Shown in pieces: positions 8,876 to 18,038 of a DNA stretch of 64,000 bases (position 1 is its first letter; each line of letters starts with the position of its first letter). The notes under the pieces were generated by a model. That model worked only from the letters and a program-made list of their open reading frames with translations. It made no database searches and was not told the origin of the DNA. Origin of the DNA: an uncultured virus (IMG/VR IMGVR_UViG_3300017971_000212) (lineage: Duplodnaviria; Heunggongvirae; Uroviricota; Caudoviricetes); the IMG/VR virus record IMGVR_UViG_3300017971_000212; one strand, 5' to 3'. The position numbers and the translations under genes are program-made.

Positions 8876-8951
8876 GCCGCGGTGGCCAAGCTGGTAAAGG
8901 CGCCTGATTAAGGATCAGGAGATTTTGTCGGTTCGACTCCGACCCGCGGTA
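8876..8951 (+). tRNA. tRNA-Leu(AAG), short variable region
   Basis: CCTGA-TTAAGGA-TCAGG; acceptor GCCGCGG/CCGCGGT; A73. Confidence 0.85.
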
Positions 8952-8980
8952 CAGTGTGCTGATGGAGGACGAAAAACCCC

Positions 8981-9514
8981 ATGAGCACAAAAGTCCCAAC
9001 CTGCAAGGTGTGTGGAGAGACGGACCCAGCGAAACTGGTGAAAATCTCCAGAAATAGACGCCCTTACTACAGAGGATGGTGCGTTCCCTGTTACAGCGCA
9101 TACCGGAAAGAGTGGAACAGACGAAATCCAGAACGAGCGAAGGCGACGTGGGCTCGAGCCCACGAGCGTCAGAAGAAGAAACGGAGGCAAGGACAGGACA
9201 CCGCCCGGTTTATCTGGGTCGATTCACGAAGATCCGACAAGAAACGAGGATTCAAAAACGACCTGACCAAAGAGTTCATCGCGGAGCAGATCACCAAAGG
9301 TTGCTCGTACTGCGGGGAGAAAACGATCCGCATGACGCTCGACCGCATCGACAACGAACGAGGACACACGACGGACAACGTCGTGCCCGCGTGCATCCGG
9401 TGCAACCACATCCGTGGGAACATGCCCTACGAAGCATGGCTCTGTTTTAGGGCAGCGTTGCGGCGGGCGCGACGGGAGGGGTTATTCGGGAACTGGACTG
9501 GAAGAACTAGATAA
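8981..9514 (+). CDS. HNH-type (His-Me finger) endonuclease
   Basis: CKVC..CVPC N-terminal finger; CSYCG...LDRIDN..GH..DNVVPACIRCN; lower GC than flanks. Confidence 0.85.
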   Translation: MSTKVPTCKVCGETDPAKLVKISRNRRPYYRGWCVPCYSAYRKEWNRRNPERAKATWARAHERQKKKRRQGQDTARFIWVDSRRSDKKRGFKNDLTKEFIAEQITKGCSYCGEKTIRMTLDRIDNERGHTTDNVVPACIRCNHIRGNMPYEAWLCFRAALRRARREGLFGNWTGRTR

Positions 9515-9599
9515 GCCCAGGTGGCGGAATTGGTAGACGCGGTCGGTTCAGGACCGGCTGTCTTACGGCGTGCGAGTTCAAATCTCGCCCTGGGCACCA
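9515..9599 (+). tRNA. tRNA-Leu(CAG)
   Basis: GTCGG-TTCAGGA-CCGGC; long variable arm; CCA. Confidence 0.93.
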
Positions 9600-9609
9600 G
9601 GAGCAGAAC

Positions 9610-9897
9610 ATGAAGTCTTTTGAGAAGCAGCTGGCCGAGAGCCTGACCTTCAAGCCTTTCCGGGCCCGGAAGGAGAGGGACGAGTTCGGTCTCGAGACGT
9701 GGACGGACGAGACCCGGGACCAGATCCGGCCCGGGACCGTGATCCGTTTCAATGACGGCGTCGTGCAGATCGTCGGGCACTGCAACGAGATCTTCGGAGT
9801 CTGCGACGACTGCACGGAGTATGGCTACGACGACGTCGAGGCGGTTGCCCACGTCGAGCAGCTCCTCAAGAGCAAAAAGTCGAGACGGAAGGACTAA
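9610..9897 (+). CDS. hypothetical protein
   Basis: AGGAG RBS and ORF. Confidence 0.6.
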   Translation: MKSFEKQLAESLTFKPFRARKERDEFGLETWTDETRDQIRPGTVIRFNDGVVQIVGHCNEIFGVCDDCTEYGYDDVEAVAHVEQLLKSKKSRRKD

Positions 9898-9905
9898 GGC
9901 TGCTC

Positions 9906-10511
9906 CTAGAGCCGCTCGTACCCGTACCGGTCGAACAGGGGGTCGAACCTGGCGTTCACGGCGTCGAGGGACTCTCGGTCGTAGTACTCGCGCCAGGGTC
10001 GTTTGTCCGGCGTCACGTTGCTGCGTGGGATCTCCACGGGCTCCAGTCCGACGTCCGCCAGCGCCGCGTTCAGGTCGTCGTCGAGGTGCTCGTATCGGAG
10101 AACCCGGCTCCCCTGCCTGACGAGGTAGTCGAGCTCGGCGAAGCGTTGGTCCTCCAGTTCGGTGATGAACGCCGTCAGCGTGGAGAATCCGTACCGGTCC
10201 AAGGCCCACCAGGTGGCGACGAGGTCGTAGGGGTTCCTCATGGTCGACATGACCGTCTCTCGCCTCGTGTAGAGGGAGGGCGGAAGCAGGAACGTCTTCG
10301 CGTCTCGCTCTGCCTTGAACAGGGTCTTGAATTCGTCTCCTCGACGCACCTTCACGAGCCGGAAATCGCCGGCCTCGATCTCGGGGAGCCCGACGTGCTT
10401 GTAGTCGAGGACCACGGCGCCCTCGATCTTCTCGAGAGCCTGGGTGGTCGCGTAACTCGCCGTGTGTGGGGTGCAGAGGTAGAGCAGCTTGCCGGGGAAA
10501 AGGACGGCCAC
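9906..10511 (-). CDS. sulfotransferase family 2-like protein
   Basis: YLCTPHTASYA (5'-PSB-like, divergent), RNPYDL, LRYEHL, WREYYD...FDRYGY. Confidence 0.7.
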   Translation of the reverse strand: MAVLFPGKLLYLCTPHTASYATTQALEKIEGAVVLDYKHVGLPEIEAGDFRLVKVRRGDEFKTLFKAERDAKTFLLPPSLYTRRETVMSTMRNPYDLVATWWALDRYGFSTLTAFITELEDQRFAELDYLVRQGSRVLRYEHLDDDLNAALADVGLEPVEIPRSNVTPDKRPWREYYDRESLDAVNARFDPLFDRYGYERL

Positions 10512-10595
10512 GGCCCATCCTACCCCGCCTGTAACGCCGTCGGACTAGAAGGTGGGGGACCCTGTCCGGCCCTCCGACATCCCTCAGGAGACGCC

Positions 10596-10784
10596 ATGAC
10601 CAGGAAACGAATCGCGCCGCTCAGGTGGATCGTAGGCGAGAAGAACGACGAGTACGGGAGGATCGTTGAAATCCTCGAGTGCGGCCACGAGCAACCCCGG
10701 AAGGAAGACATCTACGGGCCCACGAACGCCCTCAGGCGGAGATGCCGGAGATGTCTTCAAGAACGTGAGGATTCGACGGAGTAG
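10596..10784 (+). CDS. small Zn-ribbon protein
   Basis: AGGAG RBS; LECGH...CRRC. Confidence 0.55.
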   Translation: MTRKRIAPLRWIVGEKNDEYGRIVEILECGHEQPRKEDIYGPTNALRRRCRRCLQEREDSTE

Positions 10785-10791
10785 AAGGGAC

Positions 10792-11337
10792 ATGCGCGTC
10801 CTCATCTCCAGCGTGTGCTCGTTCTGGCTCTCTCGGCAGGCCGTCCTGCGGGCCCGGGAACTGGGCGCTGCATGGGCGGTACCCGAGGAGATCGCCCTGC
10901 TCGGGGAGGAGCAGCACCATGAATTCGGTCCCGACTGGCGCGACCTCGTGCGCTCGGAGGAGGGCAGGTACAGCCGTTTCCATGGAGACGAGGAGGAGTT
11001 CCTCCGCTGGGAGGACTGCCACTACAACCTCCCGAGCGAGGTGCCGCGCCACGATCCCGTCCTGCTTCAAGTCTTCGACGAGATGGGCGGGGAGGCGATG
11101 GAGGGCTCGATGCGCGAGCATCCCGATGACCCGCCCGAGTATGAGGACCGGATCGAGTGCGTCGAGGTCCCCGACGACGTGACCTACTCCATCGAGAGCT
11201 ACCTCGGGGAATGGGTTGCGGAACGGCACCGAGTGTGGTCTACTGACGACGGCCCCGAGGGACACCTCCCGGGCTGGCAGTACTTCACGAAGGACAGCAC
11301 CTACCAACCCCGGCGAAAGGAGAGCAGCGATGGATGA
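10792..11337 (+). CDS. phage-type hypothetical protein
   Basis: PRHDPVLLQV.DEMG...VEVPDDV.Y.IE.Y.GEWVAERHRVW pattern, which I recall from phage hypotheticals. Confidence 0.7.
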   Translation: MRVLISSVCSFWLSRQAVLRARELGAAWAVPEEIALLGEEQHHEFGPDWRDLVRSEEGRYSRFHGDEEEFLRWEDCHYNLPSEVPRHDPVLLQVFDEMGGEAMEGSMREHPDDPPEYEDRIECVEVPDDVTYSIESYLGEWVAERHRVWSTDDGPEGHLPGWQYFTKDSTYQPRRKESSDG

Positions 11338-11372
11338 CGACAACTATGCGTATTCCAGCATGACGCGCTCTT

Positions 11373-11446
11373 CCGCAGGGGACCCGAGTAGGTCGGGTAC
11401 GGGGTTGTAAACTCCGCGGTAGCAGGTTCGACTCCTGTCCTGCGGT
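11373..11446 (+). tRNA. tRNA-Tyr(GTA)-like, C1-G72, short variable loop
   Basis: CCGCAGG/CCTGCGG acceptor; CGGGG-TTGTAAA-CTCCG; atypical G8 and T73. Confidence 0.7.
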
Positions 11447-11532
11447 CGAAGGCGACCGCCGTCTCCCCAGCGCCCCGGCGCGGGCGAAAACCCGGCTCGG
11501 CCGAGGCCGTGTGGGACGGCGAGCGCCACCCT

Positions 11533-11619
11533 CGGTGGGTATGCAAGAGGCTAAAGCAATCGGACTGTAAATCCGCCGCGCACCGCGCTTCGGAGGTTCA
11601 AATCCTCCCCCACCGGCCA
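11533..11619 (+). tRNA. tRNA-Tyr(GTA), C1-G72, long variable arm
   Basis: CGGTGGG/CCCACCG acceptor; CTGTAAA loop; G73-CCA. Confidence 0.85.
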
Positions 11620-11671
11620 CGCCCTTCGCGGGCTGACGGCTCGGAAAGACGAGTAGAAACGAGAAGGAACC

Positions 11672-12838
11672 ATGACGAAGGAGCACATGAACGTAGGCAC
11701 GATCGGCCACGTCGATCACGGAAAGACCACCCTCACGGCGGCGATCACGAAGCTCGCGGCCGCCCTGCATGGCGGGGAGGCCAAGGACTTCGATCAGATC
11801 GACAACGCGAAGGAGGAGCGCGAGCGTGGCGTCACGATCAACGCGTCTCACGTGGAGTACGAGTCCGCGCGGCGCCACTACGCCCACATCGACTGCCCCG
11901 GGCACGCCGACTACATCAAGAACATGATCGTCGGCGCGTCCCAGATGGAGGGTGCGATCCTGCTGGTGGACGCCTCCCAGGGGCCGCAGAAGCAGACGGT
12001 GGAGCACGTCCTCCTGGCGAACCAGGTCGGCGTCTCGAGCGTCGTGGTCTTCGTGAACAAGGTGGACGTGGCCGATCCCGACCTCCTCGAGCTCGTCGAG
12101 GTCGAGGTCGCGGAGCAGCTGGAGCGCTTCGGTTACGCACCCGTCTTCGTGCGGGGATCAGCCCTCAAGGCCCTTCAGGCCCTGGAGACTGGGGACGCGG
12201 AGTCCGAGGACGTCGCCTGCATCCGCGAGCTCCTCGACGCCATGGACGCCCACTTCAAAGCTCCCGACCGGGACATGGACTCTCCGTTCCTGCTCCCGAT
12301 CGAGCACGTCTACACGATCCCAGGCCGGGGCACCGTCGTGACCGGCCGCGTCGAGCGCGGCCGCGTCAGGGTCGGCGACAGGGTCGAGATCGCCGGTCGC
12401 CGGGATGATGGCCGGGAGGTCGTGGTCACCGGCACGCAGGCGTTCCACCGGGACATCCCGGAGGCCCACGCGGGCCTGAACGTCGGCCTGCTCCTGCGGG
12501 GCGTCGCTCGAGACGAGGTCGAGCGCGGCCAGGTGATCGTGGCGCCGGGCTCTATCCGGTCGCACACCTCGGGGAGCGCCGAGATCTTCGTGCTCACGAA
12601 GGAGGAGGGCGGACGTCACACGCCGTTCGGCAGCGGCTACACCCCGCAGCTGTTCTTCGGGGCCTCGGACGTGTCCGCGACCCTGAGGACCGACGAGGAC
12701 GCGGCCGTCGAGCCCGGCGACAGGGCGACCGTCGCGTTCACCCTCGACAAGCCGACCGCCTTCGAGCCCGGGATGCGCTTCGCCATCCGCGAGGGCGGGA
12801 AGACGGTGGGTGCCGGCGTCGTGCTCGACGCGGGCTAG
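11672..12838 (+). CDS. tuf: elongation factor Tu (divergent)
   Basis: [66 protein letters not shown]. Confidence 0.97.
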   Translation: MTKEHMNVGTIGHVDHGKTTLTAAITKLAAALHGGEAKDFDQIDNAKEERERGVTINASHVEYESARRHYAHIDCPGHADYIKNMIVGASQMEGAILLVDASQGPQKQTVEHVLLANQVGVSSVVVFVNKVDVADPDLLELVEVEVAEQLERFGYAPVFVRGSALKALQALETGDAESEDVACIRELLDAMDAHFKAPDRDMDSPFLLPIEHVYTIPGRGTVVTGRVERGRVRVGDRVEIAGRRDDGREVVVTGTQAFHRDIPEAHAGLNVGLLLRGVARDEVERGQVIVAPGSIRSHTSGSAEIFVLTKEEGGRHTPFGSGYTPQLFFGASDVSATLRTDEDAAVEPGDRATVAFTLDKPTAFEPGMRFAIREGGKTVGAGVVLDAG

Positions 12839-12849
12839 GGGGATCACCG

Positions 12850-12886
12850 GGCCCCGGGGAAGCCTGAGACCCCGGGGCCCTCTCTC
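12850..12886 (+). terminator. GC hairpin after tuf
   Basis: GGGCCCCGGG...CCCGGGGCCC stem with a weak pyrimidine tail. Confidence 0.5.
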
Positions 12887-12949
12887 GTGGCCGGACGCGG
12901 GGACCGTTTGAGGGCAGGCGCTTTTCGCGTAGAATGGACGGCTGCCCTC

Positions 12950-13417
12950 ATGTCACGGGATCCACGAAAGACGTTCTGGTTCCGGGTGGCCCGGAACGTC
13001 GACAACCCCCCGATCCCGGGCCAGTGCCACTACGTGTACCCCGACGGCCGCTCCCGTTGCGGGCAGGCGCTCTCCGAGAAGCACGGCGACGGTAAGTGGT
13101 GCTGGGCCCACAGGGGCGTGCGTCCCGACGGCAGGCGGTGCACGGGCCCGAGAGGTACGCCCGAAAAGCAGACCATGGATGCCAAAGCAGAAATCAAGCT
13201 TCAGTATCGCGTTCGCAAGATCCAGAACGAGCGCGTGCTCAGGCACCTCACCGACGCGGCCCACGCCGTCTCGCCGTGTCCCGACGACAGCAGCGTGCGC
13301 CCCGACTACGTCGAACTCGCATCGGGCTTCCGGGCGGAGCGCAAGCGGTGGCCTCTCTGGTGGGAGATGGCGAAGGCGATCCAGGAGGACGGAACACGCG
13401 GAGACCGAGGGGGCTGA
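12950..13417 (+). CDS. Cys/His-domain hypothetical protein
   Basis: GQCHYVY..GRSRC.Q...KHGDG.WCW.HR; paralogous to the N-terminus of 13688..14392. Confidence 0.65.
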   Translation: MSRDPRKTFWFRVARNVDNPPIPGQCHYVYPDGRSRCGQALSEKHGDGKWCWAHRGVRPDGRRCTGPRGTPEKQTMDAKAEIKLQYRVRKIQNERVLRHLTDAAHAVSPCPDDSSVRPDYVELASGFRAERKRWPLWWEMAKAIQEDGTRGDRGG

Positions 13418-13418
13418 C

Positions 13419-13691
13419 ATGGACGCGAACAAGCTCAAGGTGCTCCAGGAAATTGGGTACACGATCGTGCCCTCCTGTGCGACGTGTCAGCACTCCGACC
13501 TCTCGAGGGACGGGTGGGGCTACTGCAACGCCCACGAGTACGAGCACCTCAAGCACAGCGAGGAGACGAGTCGGCTGAGCGTGCATCAGCTCGGGCACTG
13601 CGACTCGTGGATTCGTGATGCGTACAAGGTCGCCGCCCTTGGTCTGCATGCGTTCAAGAGTTTTTGCACGGGCACGACAGAAGAACCATGA
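13419..13691 (+). CDS. small Cys-rich protein
   Basis: CATCQH...GYC...GHCDSW. Confidence 0.65.
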   Translation: MDANKLKVLQEIGYTIVPSCATCQHSDLSRDGWGYCNAHEYEHLKHSEETSRLSVHQLGHCDSWIRDAYKVAALGLHAFKSFCTGTTEEP

Positions 13692-14392
13692 CTCGAACAT
13701 TCCGGTTTCGGACAACTCGAAGCGTGCAGCAAGGGCCCCCAATTGAGGGGCAGTGCCATTACATGTACGAGAGCGGCGTCCGGTGTTCCCAAGCGGCCTC
13801 GAAGAAGCACGGTGACGGCGAATGGTGCTGGTCTCATCGGATTCTGAACGCGGATGGTACTCGGGGCGCTGGCCCACGACGCAAAAGGAAGGGCATGAAG
13901 CCGAAGAACAACAACTCTCGGTCGATCGAGAAAGCGAAGGATCAGTACGATCCCGACCACTGGGCCTACGACATGCGCCGCTGCCCGATGGCGGGATGTC
14001 TCGGCGTAGTGGACGACGAGTTGCATCCCCCGAGGTGCTGTGCCTGCGAGACGAAACTGCCGGACGGCCCCGGAGTGATGGCCCTCCCTGCTCCGTCAGG
14101 GCGGAAGTTCCAGAACGAGTGGCGCCGCAGTCCTCCTGACCGCCGTCCTCCGAACGTCATGTCGCTCGAGCGGTGTCCGTTCTGCGGTGCTAGGGAGGTC
14201 GAGACCGACATGGGCCCGCACCGGTTCGTGATCATGCACGACGGCCGGAAGTGGTCCGACAGGCTCCGCTATCCGGCTTTCCATTGCCTCTCCTGCGACC
14301 AGGGCTGGACCGATCACCGGGCCGAGAGCGTCCGGGACGACGCGGCCAGGAGGGGTCGGGCCAAGATGACGCAGGACGAGGTGTTCCCGTGA
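13688..14392 (+). CDS. multi-Zn-ribbon hypothetical protein
   Basis: Shared N-terminal Cys/His domain, plus CPMAGC, CCAC, CPFCG and CLSC. Confidence 0.65.
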   Translation: MTRTFRFRTTRSVQQGPPIEGQCHYMYESGVRCSQAASKKHGDGEWCWSHRILNADGTRGAGPRRKRKGMKPKNNNSRSIEKAKDQYDPDHWAYDMRRCPMAGCLGVVDDELHPPRCCACETKLPDGPGVMALPAPSGRKFQNEWRRSPPDRRPPNVMSLERCPFCGAREVETDMGPHRFVIMHDGRKWSDRLRYPAFHCLSCDQGWTDHRAESVRDDAARRGRAKMTQDEVFP

Positions 14393-14865
14393 ACGAGCGT
14401 TCCGACAAGCCGCCCAGGGGTTACATGCCCTTCCTCGTGGAGTACCAGTGCGAGTGCAGGTGGGCCTGCGCGACGCCGCACTGCGACTCCGCCGAGGACC
14501 TCGTGTACGAGGTCGAGGACGACGAGACCTTCGAACGGATCGACATCCTGGAGTGGAGGGGGGAAATTCACGATCAGCGAGAAAGGATCCTGCGCCTGTT
14601 CGAGACCCGCGAGGGGGCGGTCGAGGCGTGCTGGAACCACGCGCGCAGGTGGTGGGACGGCGAGCCCCCGGCCGTTCCCGGGATTCCCGACTACGACGTG
14701 CTTCCGGACGGATACGCGATCTTCGTGGAGGTCGAGCAGCGCCGCGTGTGGCTGCGATACCCGGACGGCAACACCTGGGGGGGAGTTCAGCGGGATCAGC
14801 CTGTCCTCGGGCCTCCGCTCCTACGAGGCCGACGCCCGAGCCCACGCCGAGAAAGTCCTCGGTAG
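14389..14865 (+). CDS. hypothetical protein
   Basis: GTGA overlap; acidic ORF. Confidence 0.6.
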   Translation: MNERSDKPPRGYMPFLVEYQCECRWACATPHCDSAEDLVYEVEDDETFERIDILEWRGEIHDQRERILRLFETREGAVEACWNHARRWWDGEPPAVPGIPDYDVLPDGYAIFVEVEQRRVWLRYPDGNTWGGVQRDQPVLGPPLLRGRRPSPRRESPR

Positions 14866-14868
14866 TGG

Positions 14869-15171
14869 TTGATCGTGCGCGGCATCACCGTGAACCTGCC
14901 GCCGGGGTGGAGGAGCAGCGATCCCGGGCTCCCCGAGATGCTGCCCGTAGCGCCCGACGAGCGCGAGGGCTACGAGGGCGTGGCGTGGCGGGCCACGAAG
15001 GGGTCCTGGCAGCTCGAGGTCCGGTGGCGAGGGGACCATGGTCTGTTCGTCTGCCGGGCGGTCAAGGATGGGGCCGAGGAGAATCCGATGGAGCACCGGA
15101 CCTTCCCATATCCGCACGAGGTGGTCGAGTGGTTGGGAATCTGGTTCGCCCAGCTCGTCAAGGCCCGCTAG
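14869..15171 (+). CDS. hypothetical protein
   Basis: ORF in a co-oriented run. Confidence 0.6.
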   Translation: MIVRGITVNLPPGWRSSDPGLPEMLPVAPDEREGYEGVAWRATKGSWQLEVRWRGDHGLFVCRAVKDGAEENPMEHRTFPYPHEVVEWLGIWFAQLVKAR

Positions 15172-15350
15172 GCGTAGCCGTCCTTCGCCCAGCCTGAGCC
15201 GACTAGCTCGAAGTTGCAGGGCGCGAGCGTGCGCTCGAGGGTCCCCTCGGCGTCGCACTCGGGGCAGCGCGGCGGGGGAGGATCGTCCATCTTCTGGAGC
15301 TCCTCGACCTCGCGCTTGCAGGCCCGGCAGCGGTAGGTGTAGACTGGCAT
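15168..15350 (-). CDS. FmdB-family zinc-ribbon protein
   Basis: MPVYTYRCRAC...CPEC...F.L.GSGW..DGY. Confidence 0.85.
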   Translation of the reverse strand: MPVYTYRCRACKREVEELQKMDDPPPPRCPECDAEGTLERTLAPCNFELVGSGWAKDGYA

Positions 15351-15424
15351 CGCGATGGCACTCTACCTGCCGCACGACACTCGATTGCGCCGCTCCTTAC
15401 GCTAGGAGACGGAGACGCTCTCGT

Positions 15425-15501
15425 GCGTGCGTAGCCCAAATGGTAGAGGCGCTGGCTTCAAATCCCAGGAGTTGGAGGTTCGAGTCCTCCCGCGCGCACC
15501 A
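15425..15501 (+). tRNA. tRNA-Leu(CAA), short variable loop
   Basis: CTGG-C-TTCAAAT-C-CCAG with a C31:C39 mismatch; ACCA end. Confidence 0.8.
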
Positions 15502-15502
15502 C

Positions 15503-15583
15503 GGCCCCGTGGCGGAAATGGTCTACGCGGCGGACTTAAACTCCGCGCCTCCGGGCGTCTCGGTTCGAATCCGAGCGGGGCCA
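15503..15583 (+). tRNA. tRNA-Leu(TAA)
   Basis: GCGGA-CTTAAAC-TCCGC; variable arm present. Confidence 0.92.
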
Positions 15584-15584
15584 C

Positions 15585-15743
15585 CTAGTCGGCGGAGAAC
15601 CAGTTGCCCTGGCTGTCCTGGAGCACCCTGCGGCCGCACACGCCGCACCGGCTGCTGAACGAGCATCCGTCGAAGTCGAGCCGAGCTCCGCGACCGTCGT
15701 GCCAGCCGAGCACGTCGTGGGCGAACCACCGCAGGAACCGCAT
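15585..15743 (-). CDS. small hypothetical protein
   Basis: MRFLRWFAHDVLGWH...CGVCG...QDSQGNWF; coupled to the upstream stop. Confidence 0.6.
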   Translation of the reverse strand: MRFLRWFAHDVLGWHDGRGARLDFDGCSFSSRCGVCGRRVLQDSQGNWFSAD

Positions 15744-16915
15744 CACTCGTCGTCTCCGTGAAAGAGGATCCTGTCCTCGGTGGTCTCGACCTTCCAGTCG
15801 GCGGCCATCTTGGGGGTCTTCGTCTCGATGCGCTGGACCGAGACCTTTAGGCCGTCGCCGTCTCCTTCGGTGACGACGGGCTTCGTCCTCTCGTGAACCG
15901 CGTAGCCGAAGTCGGGAACCATGAAGTCCCCCTCCTGGTACGAGTAGAACAGGCCGTCCTGCATGCGGAACCTCCGCACCCTCTCGGGCATGAAGAGTCC
16001 GGCTAGGGTCCGCGTCGCGGGTCGCTTCTCCTTGTAGTCCACGACGGCGACGTTGGTCGGAAAGTTCTGCACGTACCGCGGGCCCTCCGGCTGGACGCGG
16101 AACAGGTCGGGGAGCCAGCCCGAGATCTCCGTCTGACTGCCTGAGCCGCAGCGTTCGAGGCTGAACATGGCGCGCCACCAGGTAGCATCGACGAGGCGAG
16201 CGACGCACTCGTCGAGAGTCCGCTGCACGCGCTCCATCCAGGGGGCCGCGGCGCCGAACAGCGGCACGAGCTTGCGCCACTGTGCGGCGACGAGATGCCA
16301 GTCGTCGCGCGTGCCCTGGACCGAGATCGCCGGGAACCCGCACGCGTACATGCCGTACTCGTAGTAGGGCGAGCACAGGTCGCAGAACGAGGCGTACATG
16401 GCGTGTCGCGACCGCTCGGAGGTGGTCGAGAACTGCGGCAGGAACAGGCTCGCTTCCGTCGGGACGGCCCCCCGGAGGGCCTGCACGAGCCGGTTCAGGG
16501 GCATCACGATCTCCTCCGCGGCCTCGACCCAGATCTCCTGTTTCTCGTGGCTCCTCGTGAACAGGTGCCGGTACGGTTCGGGGCTCTCCTTGACGACGCC
16601 GACGAGCTCGGAGAGGACCGTGAACCACAGGACGTCGGGCGTGATCACGATGCCCAGGTGGTCGGCCCAGCACTTCTCGAGGTACTCGAGGTAGTTCCGA
16701 TGGTAGATCGAGCCGTCCTTGGGCATCCCGACGTGACGCAGGAACAGGCTCTGCGTCGTGGCACCAGTGCGCCAGTCCTTCTCGCGGTCGTGTAGCCGGT
16801 CGAGGAATGCGTCGCAGGGGTCGAGGTCTTCGGCCTGGCTCGTCTCGTTGTTGAACGAGCGTGGGACGCGCGGAGTCCCCACCTTCACGTCGGACAGCTT
16901 GAACTCGGTCGTCAT
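15743..16915 (-). CDS. DUF4419-like protein
   Basis: WADHLGIVITPDVLW, FSTT, Y.YGMYACGFPAI.V.GT.DDW, SGW. Confidence 0.8.
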   Translation of the reverse strand: MTTEFKLSDVKVGTPRVPRSFNNETSQAEDLDPCDAFLDRLHDREKDWRTGATTQSLFLRHVGMPKDGSIYHRNYLEYLEKCWADHLGIVITPDVLWFTVLSELVGVVKESPEPYRHLFTRSHEKQEIWVEAAEEIVMPLNRLVQALRGAVPTEASLFLPQFSTTSERSRHAMYASFCDLCSPYYEYGMYACGFPAISVQGTRDDWHLVAAQWRKLVPLFGAAAPWMERVQRTLDECVARLVDATWWRAMFSLERCGSGSQTEISGWLPDLFRVQPEGPRYVQNFPTNVAVVDYKEKRPATRTLAGLFMPERVRRFRMQDGLFYSYQEGDFMVPDFGYAVHERTKPVVTEGDGDGLKVSVQRIETKTPKMAADWKVETTEDRILFHGDDE

Positions 16916-16926
16916 GGTCTCCTCCT

Positions 16927-17364
16927 CTATACCCCCTCGGAGGCCCAAGGGCAGCCCACGAGGGCGAAGGAGGGGTCGACGGCCCTCCCGCCCCGACGCA
17001 CCTCCAGGTGCAGGTGAGGGCCCGTGGTGCGTCCTGAGCGGCCCATGTGGCCTATCTGATCCGCAGCCTCGACGCGCTGCCCGACGTGGACGGCAACGTC
17101 CTTCAGGTGAGCGAACATGACTCGGAGTCGCGCGGTGCGCATCACGACGTAGAGCCCGGCCCTCCGGGTTCGACGGATTTTCACGATGCGCCCAGGCCAG
17201 GGCGCGAGAACCTCCGTGCCGCGGGCATTGGCGATGTCGACGCCGCCGTGCATGCGCCACCGACCCGTCACGGGATGCTGGCGTCGTCCGAATTCGGAGG
17301 AGACCCATCCGTCAGTCGGACAGACCGGCCAGACCTTGAGGAGGATCAGGAGCAGAACCACCAC
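16927..17364 (-). CDS. M23 family peptidoglycan metallopeptidase
   Basis: SSEFG.R.HPV, HGGVD, AHL, SGRTTGPHLHLEV; N-terminal hydrophobic segment. Confidence 0.92.
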   Translation of the reverse strand: MVVLLLILLKVWPVCPTDGWVSSEFGRRQHPVTGRWRMHGGVDIANARGTEVLAPWPGRIVKIRRTRRAGLYVVMRTARLRVMFAHLKDVAVHVGQRVEAADQIGHMGRSGRTTGPHLHLEVRRGGRAVDPSFALVGCPWASEGV

Positions 17365-17367
17365 GCC

Positions 17368-17799
17368 CTAGGGGGCAAGTATCGGAAGATCTTGGAGAGT
17401 GCGGGTGATGTCGAGCCAGTGGGTCTCGGCGTCGAATCCTGCCTTGTCGTCGAGGAGGAGGTTGAAGTAGATCTTCCGGTCGTAGCAGCCGTAGCCCTCG
17501 CTTGCGACTTCGGGGTTCTCGTTGACGTAGTCGAACTTGATCCCGTCGGCGCCGAACTTCTGAAGGTACGCCTCGACCTCCTTCGGCCACGAGCACGTGT
17601 ACATGATGAGGACGACGTCGGGACGTTCCGACAACATGCGCATCGCCTCCAACGCGTGCGGATAGTAGTCGACCGGAAGCTCGTCGTCCCGGTAGTTCGG
17701 ACGGATCAACGTCTCGTGGAGGTCCACGGCCCAGTACGTGCGGTCCCACTTGCGGGCCACGGCGATCTTGAACTGCTTACGAATGGCTTGGGCGATCAC
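17368..17799 (-). CDS. HAD-like phage hydrolase
   Basis: AVDLHETL, LIMYTCS, FDYVNENP, KIYFNLLLDDKA. Confidence 0.75.
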   Translation of the reverse strand: MIAQAIRKQFKIAVARKWDRTYWAVDLHETLIRPNYRDDELPVDYYPHALEAMRMLSERPDVVLIMYTCSWPKEVEAYLQKFGADGIKFDYVNENPEVASEGYGCYDRKIYFNLLLDDKAGFDAETHWLDITRTLQDLPILAP

Positions 17800-18038
17800 G
17801 CGGAACTCCTCTCATCTCCTGCACGGACTTCGGGAAGATTTTACACGCGCATGTCGCGCAGGCGCCTGGCCCGGTTACCGACGCGTGCGGTGAAGCCCGT
17901 AGGAGGTGGCCCAACCCGAGCCGGCTGCGAACGCGGTGAAGAGGAGCCAGTCGCGGACGTCCTCGAAACCGAGGCAGAGGCCCGCGAAGGCCCACAGCAG
18001 GACGAAGGGAACGGACATGAGAACGCGAAACTCCATCC

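Noticed and set aside
15425..15501. Possible opal suppressor or Sec tRNA (CTTCAAA contains TCA)
   Set aside because: The stem CTGG/CCAG is symmetric around CAA, the neighbour is Leu(TAA), and the long Sec arms are absent, so Leu(CAA) fits better.
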